Positions 25,402 through 37,690 of a stretch of DNA of 64,000 nucleotides are shown here, in pieces. Where the stretch lies: positions 191,575 through 255,574 of the forward strand of contig JAJQGB010000016.1 in NCBI GenBank assembly GCA_021200775.1, written 5' to 3'. The notes beneath the pieces are model-generated. The model was not told where the DNA came from. It saw only the letters and a program-made list of their open reading frames with translations, and made no database searches. The first letter of the stretch is position 1. Each line of letters starts with the position of its first letter. A program made the translations under genes and the position numbers. This DNA is from Oscillospiraceae bacterium (GTDB lineage: Bacteria; Bacillota; Clostridia; Oscillospirales; Ruminococcaceae).

Positions 25402-25856
25402 GAGATAAAATTGAAGCGTATATAAACGAGCTCTTCAAAACCGCACCGGACAATCCGCAGACCAGGGAGCTCAAAGAGGAAATCTTAGGGAACACCCTTG
25501 ACAAGTACGAAGAGCAATTGAGTTCCGGCAGAGATGAAGCAACTGCTTATAAAACAGCCGTCTCAGGCATCGGTGATGTCGACGAGCTTATAAAAGAGTA
25601 TTCGGGCGATAGCGGAGAGATTGTCGAAGTTAAATCCACTCCCGTAGCGGTAGTTGAACCCGAATCTGAAAAGAAGCCGAAATCCTCGCTACACAAAATT
25701 GTAACTCTGATAATGTGGTGCCTGATATTTATAATCTATCTCGTTATAAGCTTCACCACAGGAGCGTGGATGTTCACCTGGGTGACATTCCTGATTGGCT
25801 TCGCAATTAAATTCGTCATAGACGGCATATTTGAAATCCATAACTCTAAACAATGA
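25398..25856 (+). CDS. PadR-associated membrane protein (DUF1700-like)
   Basis: MRDKIEAYINELFKTAPDNPQTRELKEEILGN... with two C-terminal TM segments. The ATG overlaps the PadR stop (ATGA). Confidence 0.65.
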   Translation: MRDKIEAYINELFKTAPDNPQTRELKEEILGNTLDKYEEQLSSGRDEATAYKTAVSGIGDVDELIKEYSGDSGEIVEVKSTPVAVVEPESEKKPKSSLHKIVTLIMWCLIFIIYLVISFTTGAWMFTWVTFLIGFAIKFVIDGIFEIHNSKQ

Positions 25857-25889
25857 AAAACTGCTTAAAAATTTGAAAGGAGCACTAAC

Positions 25890-26987
25890 ATGACTAACAA
25901 AACCAATTCCATCTTGAAAATCGTTGCTGGCGCTGTAGCCGCAGTACTTCTTTTGGGTATACTCGTAGTATTAATCCAGATTAATGCGAGCCTCAAAGCT
26001 CAGGACAACACTCAGAGCGACACCGCCGTAGCGACCAGAGCTACCGATGATGACGTCGAAATTCTCAACGCTTATGACAACGAATCCGCTAACGGTGGCA
26101 TCGACGAACCGGCAGTGACTACAGTTGCCGAAGTAGCCGAAACTCCCGAAGCGACTACCACCACCGAAGCTCAGGCTCAGGCAACCGCCGAAGCCACCAC
26201 TCAGTCCCAGACCACAACGGCTGCTACCACAACCACCCAGGCTACTACTACCACAGCCGCAACCACTACCACAGCACCTACCACCTCAAACGCAACCTCA
26301 TCTTCAAACAGCAATTATTCATCTGCAACAGGCGATTTTACGATGGACACCTCCGGCATCACCGACATAGAAATCGACTGGCACTCGGGAAGCGTAACGG
26401 TTATCCCATATAGTGGCACCACCATTCAGGTCAGCGAGACAAGCTCGTCCACAATCAGCTCTTCGAACGTTCTTTACTACACCGTAAGCAAGTACGGCGA
26501 GCTCAAGATTAACTTCATCAAAGCTAATAACTTTTCTTCAGCTGGTATTTCAAAAGATCTGACCGTCTATATCCCGAGCTCGATGTACCTTGATGAGCTC
26601 TCGATAGAGGCAACCTCCGCCAACATCGTAATCTCCGACGCACAGGGAACTCTCAGCGTAAGAGATTTAAGCGTCGAGACCACCTCCGGCAATTCCACAA
26701 TAAAGGGCATCACCGCCACCGAAATGAGTGCAGACGCCACCTCCGGCACAATCTCAATCAGCTCGTGCACTATCTCAACTGAGCTCGATATCGAGATTAC
26801 CTCCGGCAAGGCTACTATAGCCCTTCCGTCCGGCACCGGTTACACTCTCGAATATGAGACCACCTCCGGCACTGTCACCGCAAGCGGAAGCTCTCTCAAA
26901 GGCGAAGGCAGAACCACCATCACCGGCACCGGCAACCTAAAGATTGACGTCGAAACCACCTCCGGCTCAGTCACTATCACAAACTGA
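25890..26987 (+). CDS. DUF4097-like beta-strand repeat protein with N-terminal TM segment and Thr-rich linker
   Basis: Repeated xTTSGxxxI strands (VETTSGNSTI, DATSGTISI, EITSGKATI, ETTSGTVTA, ETTSGSVTI). This is the typical third gene of PadR-DUF1700-DUF4097 operons. Confidence 0.7.
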   Translation: MTNKTNSILKIVAGAVAAVLLLGILVVLIQINASLKAQDNTQSDTAVATRATDDDVEILNAYDNESANGGIDEPAVTTVAEVAETPEATTTTEAQAQATAEATTQSQTTTAATTTTQATTTTAATTTTAPTTSNATSSSNSNYSSATGDFTMDTSGITDIEIDWHSGSVTVIPYSGTTIQVSETSSSTISSSNVLYYTVSKYGELKINFIKANNFSSAGISKDLTVYIPSSMYLDELSIEATSANIVISDAQGTLSVRDLSVETTSGNSTIKGITATEMSADATSGTISISSCTISTELDIEITSGKATIALPSGTGYTLEYETTSGTVTASGSSLKGEGRTTITGTGNLKIDVETTSGSVTITN

Positions 26988-27007
26988 TTGGAAAAGTTCA
27001 CACAGAT

Positions 27008-27037
27008 TCCCTCCGAGTCCCGGAGGGATTTCTTTTT
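27008..27037 (+). terminator. intrinsic terminator
   Basis: Stem TCCCTCCG / CGGAGGGA, then TTTCTTTTT. Confidence 0.75.
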
Positions 27038-27158
27038 GCCCAAAAATTTAGCATATCGCAAACTTTCCTATTGTAATTTCTCCGAAAATCTGCTATTATT
27101 ATATGAATAAAAAGTGTGCCATCAGCCATTTTGCATTTTTTCGGAAGGAATCATTATT

Positions 27159-28163
27159 ATGAAGAAAAGAATTTTTGCCGTTCTGACATCCGTCGTTCTC
27201 ATCTCATCTCTTCTCTGCGCCTGCGGAGATGAGGCTTCTGTCGATGATGAGATTTATATCCCCATCAACACCGGTTCGGTCAACTATAACACCGCCGATG
27301 CCTATGTCGGGACAATCTTAGAGACCGTCACCATCGACGGCACTGTCGATACGCCCTACTATACGAATCTTTCATTCTCATTGGTGGGAGGAACTATCAC
27401 TGAGTTCAACATCCACGAAGACCAGACGGTCAGCGAAGGCGATGTTCTGGTGCGCCTCAGTTCCGATGAGCTTGATGATGAGATTCAGGTTCAGAAAGTT
27501 GTTCTTGATTCTGCGCAGTCTACCTATGACGCCCTTGTCGCCGCCGGTGATGAAGACGAAGCCGCCCTTGCGGCAATCGACCTCGCCATTGAGCAAGCCG
27601 AGTATGACAACCTTGTCAAACGTCTTGACTACCTCACGATAACAGCTCCTTGCGACGGCAAGATTACTTCCGTCGGCAACTATTGGGTCGGCGCAACCGT
27701 CTCTGCAAATGCGACTGTCTGCACTATTGTCGATTCTTCCAAAGTGTACCTCACCGTCACAGACAACCAGAGACAGCTTTCAAATGTCAGCTTCGGCACG
27801 AAAGTCGATATAGCACAGGGCACTTTGGTTGTAACCACCGGCAAGGTTATCGACACCATCACCACAACTTCCTCCGACCGTTTCTCCGGCGAAACAAATA
27901 CCATCACGAGCTATGTTATCCTGCCTGACGAGGACGTTGATTTTGAAGATTTCGGCACCATCCAGGTAACCTTCACGACGCTAAGAAGAGACGACGCTAT
28001 AATCGTCCCGACCGATGCGGTCTTTGAAACATCTGATGGCTATGCCGTGAACGTCCTCATTTCCGGTACCAAAGTCCAGATGGAAGTAACTGTCGGCATA
28101 ATTTCCGGTAGCAAGACCGAGATTCTTTCGGGACTCGACGGCACCGAGACTATAATTCTGTAA
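27159..28163 (+). CDS. HlyD/membrane-fusion-protein-like lipoprotein (efflux adaptor family), orphan
   Basis: MKKRIFAVLTSVVLISSLLCACG lipobox, a coiled-coil segment (QSTYDALVAAGDEDEAALAAIDLAIEQAEYDNLVKRLD), then ITAPCDGKITSV. Confidence 0.7.
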   Translation: MKKRIFAVLTSVVLISSLLCACGDEASVDDEIYIPINTGSVNYNTADAYVGTILETVTIDGTVDTPYYTNLSFSLVGGTITEFNIHEDQTVSEGDVLVRLSSDELDDEIQVQKVVLDSAQSTYDALVAAGDEDEAALAAIDLAIEQAEYDNLVKRLDYLTITAPCDGKITSVGNYWVGATVSANATVCTIVDSSKVYLTVTDNQRQLSNVSFGTKVDIAQGTLVVTTGKVIDTITTTSSDRFSGETNTITSYVILPDEDVDFEDFGTIQVTFTTLRRDDAIIVPTDAVFETSDGYAVNVLISGTKVQMEVTVGIISGSKTEILSGLDGTETIIL

Positions 28164-28178
28164 GAGCAAGGGAGCAGT

Positions 28179-31504
<3,326 letters not shown>

Positions 31505-31509
31505 CCCGG

Positions 31510-31538
31510 TTGAAATCACGGTTGCATTGTGATATAAT
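31510..31538 (+). promoter_or_regulatory. promoter of the GH31 gene
   Basis: TTGAAA (31510-31515), 17 nt, TATAAT (31533-31538). Confidence 0.6.
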
Positions 31539-31568
31539 ATCCCTGACAATCAAATTGGGGGAAGCACT

Positions 31569-33902
31569 ATGTCATATACAATCAAGATTTCCAATCATCC
31601 GGCAGAGCTTCATATTCACTCAAAAAATCTTTTCTCGCTGGAAATCCCAGACGGCAGGATTCACCCGGATTCGGGTGCAATTCTGCCGCTTCCGGAGGTT
31701 TCCGGCGATTTTTCTCGGATTGCCCGGCTACTGTCCGAAAATCTCGGATATACGGAGCTTGAAAGCGGCTTCAGACTGAGCTTTAATCTTTCGGATGGCG
31801 AGCATATTTACGGCTTGGGCGAGGACAACGACATCGAGTTCGGTTCTCTTGACCGCAGAGGTACCATCCGTGACATGGTAACCGGTCAGAGAATCAGCCC
31901 CAATTCCGTCACCGCCGACTATCCGATTCCGTTCATCGTGAGTAGTCACGGCTACGGAATCTATCTTGACAACACATCAAATCTCACCGTAGATATTGGT
32001 TGCACCGTCCACGATAAGCTGATTGTCACAGCTCCCGCCGGTGCCTGCAAGCTATATATTATTCTGGGCGAGAATATCCCCGAGGTGGTATGCAAATTCT
32101 CTGAAATCACCGGTCGGGCAAAGCTTCCGCCACTCTGGGTACTTGGATACATGCAGAGCAAGTGCTCCTTCTGGAACTGGGAGGAGGTTGACGACGTCAT
32201 CGCAACTTATAAGCGACTCGGAATTCCTTTCGACTCAATCGTCTTCGACTTTGACTGGGCGCAGTATTTCAATAACTACAAGTGGGCAGAGCGCTGGGAA
32301 GGGAAGAGCCCGGAAAAGATTAAGACCTACCGTGAAGCCGGAATCCACTTCATGGCGTCGAACTCCGGACCAATGCTGAAAAGCGACAGCGACACCTTCG
32401 ATAGTGCCAAAGAAGCCGGTATTTTAGCATATGATACCGACGGTAATCCCGTAATCTGCGGGCACTACAGCGGTCAGCTCATGGACTTCATGAATCCCGA
32501 TATCGAAGAGTGGCTTTCTCCCCAAATCAAGCGCATCATGGACGACGGCGTTGAAGCTTGGTGGCTCGACCTCACAGAACCTGAGGGCGACGCCGAGAAC
32601 ACCGCCTATCATGCCGGAAGCCGTGCCGAGATTCACAACATCTTCAGTAACTCCGTCACCAAGACCTACCATAACATCGCCAAGTCCCACTCTCCGAACA
32701 AGCGCAGTTTCGTTCTGACAAGAACCGGCACCGCCGGAATCCAGCGTGAGCCCACAGCCCTCTGGACGGGCGACATATATTCGGAATACGGCACCCTTCA
32801 AGCCCACATCCCCGAAGCTCTCAACACCCAGCTCAGTGGCATATCAATGTGGACCTGCGACACAGGCGGCTTCATCTCGCCTACGAACAACGACGACTGT
32901 CCGTATAACCTCTACCATAATGATAAGACCGAGCACGCCGAGCTCTATGAAAGATGGATGCAGTTCAGTTGCTTCACGCCTGTTTTCCGCTCCCATCACG
33001 CCGGAGGCGAAGCGGTGCCGTACAGGTATAACAAACTCACCTTTGACGGCATGAGCCACTATATCAAGCTCCGCTACCGCCTGATTCCCTATATCTATTC
33101 GCTGTATTATGAGAACTACCTGACCGGCACGCCGATTATGCGCCCGCTTTTCTGGCACTACCCCGACGACGAGAAAGCCTATACAATTACCGATGAATAT
33201 CTCTTTGGAGAGAACATGCTGATAGCCCCGGTTATCGAGCCGCAGAAGAACACCCGCACCGTTTACCTCCCGGAGGGCAAGTGGTATGACTTCGATTATG
33301 ACTATGTCTACGAGGGCGGCAGGGAATGCGAAGTTTATGCTCCCCAGAATCGGATTCCCGTCTTCATTAAAGCCGGCGGAATCATCCCGATGACCGACGC
33401 CATCATGAACACAAGTGAACTCGATTTTGGCAAGCTTGAAGCCGAGGTTTATCCCTCCGGCAGGTCGACGGCAAAAATCTATGCCGATGACGGCACCACC
33501 GAGAACTATCTCTCCGGCGAATACACCGTCACCGAAATCACCTGTGAGGAAGCAGGGGACAGCCTTAGAATCAGCCTTAACCCGGATAACGACAAGTTCC
33601 CGCTGAGGGAGTTTATAGCTCATATCCACATGCCAAAGACTCCCGCAGATATCCGTCTTAACGGCGAAGGCGTAAATTGGGTGAACCGCTACACTTCTCT
33701 CACCGAGAGCATCTGCACAACCGCCTATTTCGATGAGTTCAACCGCATTTTGCATGTGAAGATGTTACTCAAACCGGACGATAACACTCTTGAAATTTCC
33801 CTCGACCCGAGCAAGAGCTATCCCGATTTCAAACCTTTTTCGGAGGACAATCTCTCAGATAAGCTCCCACATAGCTACGGCTCATATGTCTTCGAAATTT
33901 AG
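31569..33902 (+). CDS. glycoside hydrolase family 31 (alpha-glucosidase/alpha-xylosidase type), no signal peptide
   Basis: FDFDWAQYF, AWWLDLTEPE, LWTGDIYSEY, WTCDTGGF, and 777 aa. Confidence 0.85.
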   Translation: MSYTIKISNHPAELHIHSKNLFSLEIPDGRIHPDSGAILPLPEVSGDFSRIARLLSENLGYTELESGFRLSFNLSDGEHIYGLGEDNDIEFGSLDRRGTIRDMVTGQRISPNSVTADYPIPFIVSSHGYGIYLDNTSNLTVDIGCTVHDKLIVTAPAGACKLYIILGENIPEVVCKFSEITGRAKLPPLWVLGYMQSKCSFWNWEEVDDVIATYKRLGIPFDSIVFDFDWAQYFNNYKWAERWEGKSPEKIKTYREAGIHFMASNSGPMLKSDSDTFDSAKEAGILAYDTDGNPVICGHYSGQLMDFMNPDIEEWLSPQIKRIMDDGVEAWWLDLTEPEGDAENTAYHAGSRAEIHNIFSNSVTKTYHNIAKSHSPNKRSFVLTRTGTAGIQREPTALWTGDIYSEYGTLQAHIPEALNTQLSGISMWTCDTGGFISPTNNDDCPYNLYHNDKTEHAELYERWMQFSCFTPVFRSHHAGGEAVPYRYNKLTFDGMSHYIKLRYRLIPYIYSLYYENYLTGTPIMRPLFWHYPDDEKAYTITDEYLFGENMLIAPVIEPQKNTRTVYLPEGKWYDFDYDYVYEGGRECEVYAPQNRIPVFIKAGGIIPMTDAIMNTSELDFGKLEAEVYPSGRSTAKIYADDGTTENYLSGEYTVTEITCEEAGDSLRISLNPDNDKFPLREFIAHIHMPKTPADIRLNGEGVNWVNRYTSLTESICTTAYFDEFNRILHVKMLLKPDDNTLEISLDPSKSYPDFKPFSEDNLSDKLPHSYGSYVFEI

Positions 33903-33935
33903 GGTAATCTTTGACATAATTTTTACTTTTCGGTC

Positions 33936-33991
33936 TTGCAAACAATCACAAAATATGCTATACTGTTAGCGACAACAAACTAAAAGTTTGT
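33936..33991 (+). promoter_or_regulatory. promoter plus 17-nt perfect palindrome (operator candidate) upstream of the SDR gene
   Basis: TTGCAA (33936-33941), 17 nt, TATACT (33959-33964), then ACAAACT-AAA-AGTTTGT at 33975-33991. Confidence 0.55.
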
Positions 33992-34025
33992 CAAAAGAAA
34001 ATATATCTCAAAGGAGACATGAGAA

Positions 34026-34799
34026 ATGAAAAATTATTTTGATTTGACCGGCAACGTAGCTGTCGTCACCGGTTGCTCTACCGGACTTGGTGTCCAGATG
34101 GCAAAGGCTCTTGCCAATCAGGGATGCAAAATCGTCGTTCTGGCTCGCCGTCAGAATCTTATCGACGAAGTTGCCGCTGAAATCACCAAGGATTACGGCG
34201 TAGAGACCCTCGCAGTCGCTTGCGACATCACCAATACCGACCAGGTAAAGGCTGCTGTAAAGGCGGCAATGGACAAGTTCGGACGCATCGACATCCTTAT
34301 CAACAATGCCGGCACCGGCGGAGTTGCTCCTGCTGAGGACATCACCGACGAAGTTCTCTTGAACGAAGTCAACATTGACCTCGTTGGTACCTTCAAGATG
34401 GCTCGTGAAGTTGCCAAGAACGCTATGATTCCTGCTGGATATGGCAGAATCATCAACATTGCTTCCATGTACGGTCTCGTAGGAAACAAGATTGCTCCTG
34501 CGGCTCCTTATCATGCGGCAAAGGGCGGTGTTGTTAATCTTACCAGAGCTCTCGCTTGCGAGTGGGGCGACAAGGGCATCACTGTCAACACCATCTGCCC
34601 CGGCTACTTCGAGACTCCTCTTACCAAGGAGACTCTCCAGAGCGAATTCTTCCAGAACTATGCTCACACCATGATTCCTGAAGCTCGCTATGGTCAGGAT
34701 GGCGAGCTCGACACCGCCGCAATCTTCTTCGCATCTCCCGCTTCCAGCTATGTCAACGGCGCAGTTCTTCCCGTTGATGGCGGCTACACTTCTCTTTAA
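34026..34799 (+). CDS. SDR family oxidoreductase (gluconate 5-dehydrogenase/KduD-like)
   Basis: VAVVTGCSTGLG, NNAG, and the SMYG...YHAAKGG catalytic Y-x3-K motif. 257 aa. Confidence 0.85.
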   Translation: MKNYFDLTGNVAVVTGCSTGLGVQMAKALANQGCKIVVLARRQNLIDEVAAEITKDYGVETLAVACDITNTDQVKAAVKAAMDKFGRIDILINNAGTGGVAPAEDITDEVLLNEVNIDLVGTFKMAREVAKNAMIPAGYGRIINIASMYGLVGNKIAPAAPYHAAKGGVVNLTRALACEWGDKGITVNTICPGYFETPLTKETLQSEFFQNYAHTMIPEARYGQDGELDTAAIFFASPASSYVNGAVLPVDGGYTSL

Positions 34800-34814
34800 T
34801 CTCCGGATTTATTT

Positions 34815-34846
34815 CCCCCGTAGAGAAATCTGCGGGGGATTTTTTT
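34815..34846 (+). terminator. intrinsic terminator
   Basis: Stem CCCCCG / CGGGGG, then ATTTTTTT. Confidence 0.7.
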
Positions 34847-34855
34847 ATGAACCTA

Positions 34856-34884
34856 TTGACAAACACCCGAATTTATGGTATAAT
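34856..34884 (+). promoter_or_regulatory. promoter P1 of the LRR surface-protein gene
   Basis: TTGACA (34856-34861), 17 nt, TATAAT (34879-34884). A second candidate is TTGTTC-16-TATAAT at 34933-34960. Confidence 0.6.
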
Positions 34885-34980
34885 TAATTAGAGGCACTAA
34901 AATAAGTGCGCACTTACTTTTTTAAGTTCCGCTTGTTCGCAGGTGTCTACTGACTATAATACTGAATGGAGGAAACCCCA

Positions 34981-37455
34981 ATGACAAAAAAGATTTTAGT
35001 AATGCTTCTGACCCTCTGCCTTGCTATTGCGGCAATGACGATTGCGACTATGGCAGAAACAGTTTCAGGCAATGGTTGGAGTCTTGATACCGAAACCGGC
35101 GAGCTAATCATTGATGACGATATGGGCTCGTATTATTGGGCAAATACTAGCAGAAGCACTTATGCCTCATATGTTGTAACTGCTACAATTAAGAGTGGTT
35201 CAGCTGTTTACAGAAGTACCTTTGATCACTGTACAAATTTGACTTCAGTCTCGTTACCCAGCGGGATTACATCCATAGGGGATAATGCTTTTAATGGATG
35301 CTTTAAATTGGAGTCAATAGATATACCGAGCAGTGTAATTTCTATTGAGAGTATGGCTTTTTACTATTCGGGAATTACCTCAGTCACCCTTAGCTGTGGC
35401 ACGACATACGCAATCGATTCTTTCCCAACTAGTTGCACCATCACCCAAGCTGCCCACACCTACGTCAACCACGTCTGCTCGGTTTGCGGCTCTCTTGACT
35501 GCATTGCCTATGGCGATGGCTGGGTTTTGGCTAATGACGGGACGCTTAGATTTACAGATACTAACGGTATTTGGTATTGGGCAGAAACCGACCATACGGC
35601 TTACTGCGAGAAAGTGACATCAGTAGTTTTTTATGATGGAACCGATTGTATCCCTAGTGAAGCCTTCAATGGCTGCAGTAATCTGACATCGATAACTATC
35701 CCCAATACTGTGACGGAGATCGGAGACTATGCGTTTTACGGCTGTTCGAGCCTGACTACAGTGACCATTCCAAGTAGCGTAGAGTTTATCGGATCAAGTG
35801 CGTTTCAAGGATGCTCAGGACTGCAATCGTTCGTTATTGAGAACTGTGGGCTTGAATTCGATGCTGGCGCGCAGGAGGTAGCTGAGAACATAATCACCCA
35901 ATCCGCCCACACCTACTCTGGCGGCGTGTGCACGGTCTGCGGACAAACCAACTCCGACTACGTCACCGTTGGTTCTGTTGAGTTGTATGACGGGTATTAC
36001 ACCACCAACGGCACGTCTATTGCCACCACTACGCCCACTGACAACTATGCCTACTACGACGCCAGCACCGATACCCTGTATCTCAAAAACTTCACCTACA
36101 CCACAGCCGGCACGGTGGCATATGGCGCAACCATCCAACCAAACTCAGGAAATCTCACCATCAGCCTTTCTGGTGACAACACAATAGGCGGGGAGACCTA
36201 CGGTATCCATTCCAACGTCGGAAGTATAACCCTTGTGAGCACAGATGCCGAAAACATGGGAAGCCTGACGATTAATACAAATACGAGCTTGGCTAGTATT
36301 TCCAGAGGAATTTACTGCACGAGCAATATTACTATAGATGGTGTATCTGTCACAATTAGTGCGATAGCACAATCGGTTTATTCTACTAGTTGTGTATATA
36401 TCCGAAATGGTACAGTATTGAGTGCAAACAATTGTTTGGGCGCCAACTATGATATTTACCTGGAAGACAGTAAAGTAACGGTAACAAAAGAATATGATGA
36501 TAGTAATGGCTTGGGAGGCAAGTATATTTATATCACTTCAAGCGAAGTGGTTGTAAGTGGAACAAAAGCGATTGATTGTGACGAAAGTTTATACATCACT
36601 GAGAGCGATGTTACATTAATCGGCAAAATAGCCGTTGATGAAGAGGCAATTGTCATCCCGGCAAATAACAGTCTGTGGCAGGTTGACTATGGAACTTCCG
36701 AAACCAGTTATAAGTCGAGTGTGATTGATGATGAGACAAATTACTACGACGATTGGGAAGATTATACCTACATCAGAGTCGCCGAGCATGAACATTCATA
36801 CACTTCGGGAGTGATGACTGCGGCTACTTGTACTGAAAAGGGCGTAATGGTTCATGCTTGCATCTGCGGGGACAGTTACACGACGGAAATTGCGGCTACC
36901 GGGCATAGCTACGAATCAGTCGTAACCGAGCCTACATGCACCGAGAAAGGCTACACTACTTACACTTGCTCCGTCTGTGGGGACACTTACACCGATAGCG
37001 AGACTGAGCCAACCGGGCACACATATGACTATACGAATATCGCCTGGAACTGGGTAAACAACAGCACGGTTACCGCAACGGTCACTTGTTCCTGCGGAGA
37101 GACATGGACAAAGGACGCAACGGTAACTTCAAGAAATGTCCTCGGCGTGGTGACAAGAACGGCGACGGTGGAGTTTGATGGAGTGTCCTACTCTTCCGAC
37201 CCTGTAACTTCCGGCACCAGCCTGCTGATAATCGGGGCTCTCACTCAGACAGGCTCTGAAGAGGTAGTTTCTGAGGAAACGGATTCCGAAGTAGTAGAAA
37301 TTACCGAGCCGGTAGAAGACACGAACACCGAATCCGAACCGGAAGAGGAAGTTGAGACTCCGGCAGACGAAAATCCCGCAACCGGAGCTGTGATAGCGCT
37401 ACTTCCAATAGCGATTGCAATCGCAGGCATGATAAGCAAAAAGCGACTTGGCTAG
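34981..37455 (+). CDS. cell-surface BspA-type leucine-rich-repeat protein with Cys-knuckle repeats and a C-terminal sortase-type sorting signal
   Basis: Signal peptide MTKKILVMLLTLCLAIAAMTIATMA. LRR units such as FDHCTNLTSVSLPSGITSIGDNAFNGCFKLESIDIPSSV. C-terminus DENPATG + AVIALLPIAIAIAGMI + SKKRLG. Confidence 0.8.
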   Translation: MTKKILVMLLTLCLAIAAMTIATMAETVSGNGWSLDTETGELIIDDDMGSYYWANTSRSTYASYVVTATIKSGSAVYRSTFDHCTNLTSVSLPSGITSIGDNAFNGCFKLESIDIPSSVISIESMAFYYSGITSVTLSCGTTYAIDSFPTSCTITQAAHTYVNHVCSVCGSLDCIAYGDGWVLANDGTLRFTDTNGIWYWAETDHTAYCEKVTSVVFYDGTDCIPSEAFNGCSNLTSITIPNTVTEIGDYAFYGCSSLTTVTIPSSVEFIGSSAFQGCSGLQSFVIENCGLEFDAGAQEVAENIITQSAHTYSGGVCTVCGQTNSDYVTVGSVELYDGYYTTNGTSIATTTPTDNYAYYDASTDTLYLKNFTYTTAGTVAYGATIQPNSGNLTISLSGDNTIGGETYGIHSNVGSITLVSTDAENMGSLTINTNTSLASISRGIYCTSNITIDGVSVTISAIAQSVYSTSCVYIRNGTVLSANNCLGANYDIYLEDSKVTVTKEYDDSNGLGGKYIYITSSEVVVSGTKAIDCDESLYITESDVTLIGKIAVDEEAIVIPANNSLWQVDYGTSETSYKSSVIDDETNYYDDWEDYTYIRVAEHEHSYTSGVMTAATCTEKGVMVHACICGDSYTTEIAATGHSYESVVTEPTCTEKGYTTYTCSVCGDTYTDSETEPTGHTYDYTNIAWNWVNNSTVTATVTCSCGETWTKDATVTSRNVLGVVTRTATVEFDGVSYSSDPVTSGTSLLIIGALTQTGSEEVVSEETDSEVVEITEPVEDTNTESEPEEEVETPADENPATGAVIALLPIAIAIAGMISKKRLG
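37018..37338 (+). repeat. C-terminal module, copy 2 (shared with 31165-31491)
   Basis: Encodes [82 protein letters not shown]...TEPVEDTN. Confidence 0.8.
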
Positions 37456-37690
37456 CGCCAAGTCGGCGCCTCCCTTTGGTCGGCGCAGACGACAAGCAGC
37501 CGCCAGAAAATTGAAATTCCTGTGAAGATATGAACATAAGAACAAAAAGTATTCATATTAATTTCTCATGAATGTCAACAGTTTTCGCCTTAGCGTCAAT
37601 TTTCCGTCAACAGATTAAAGTAGACTGTATATCATACGAGAATAAAAGGGCTGTCATCTGCCCATTCCAAAGTATATTGGAGGTTAATGT

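Noticed and set aside
32844-33755. 303-aa ORF on the minus strand
   Set aside because: It lies entirely antisense to the GH31 gene, whose product has unmistakable family motifs. It has no RBS and no recognisable motifs, and its composition is that of a shadow frame.
34008-34667. 219-aa minus-strand ORF
   Set aside because: It is antisense to the SDR gene (clear Rossmann and Y-x3-K motifs). This is a typical antisense shadow ORF.
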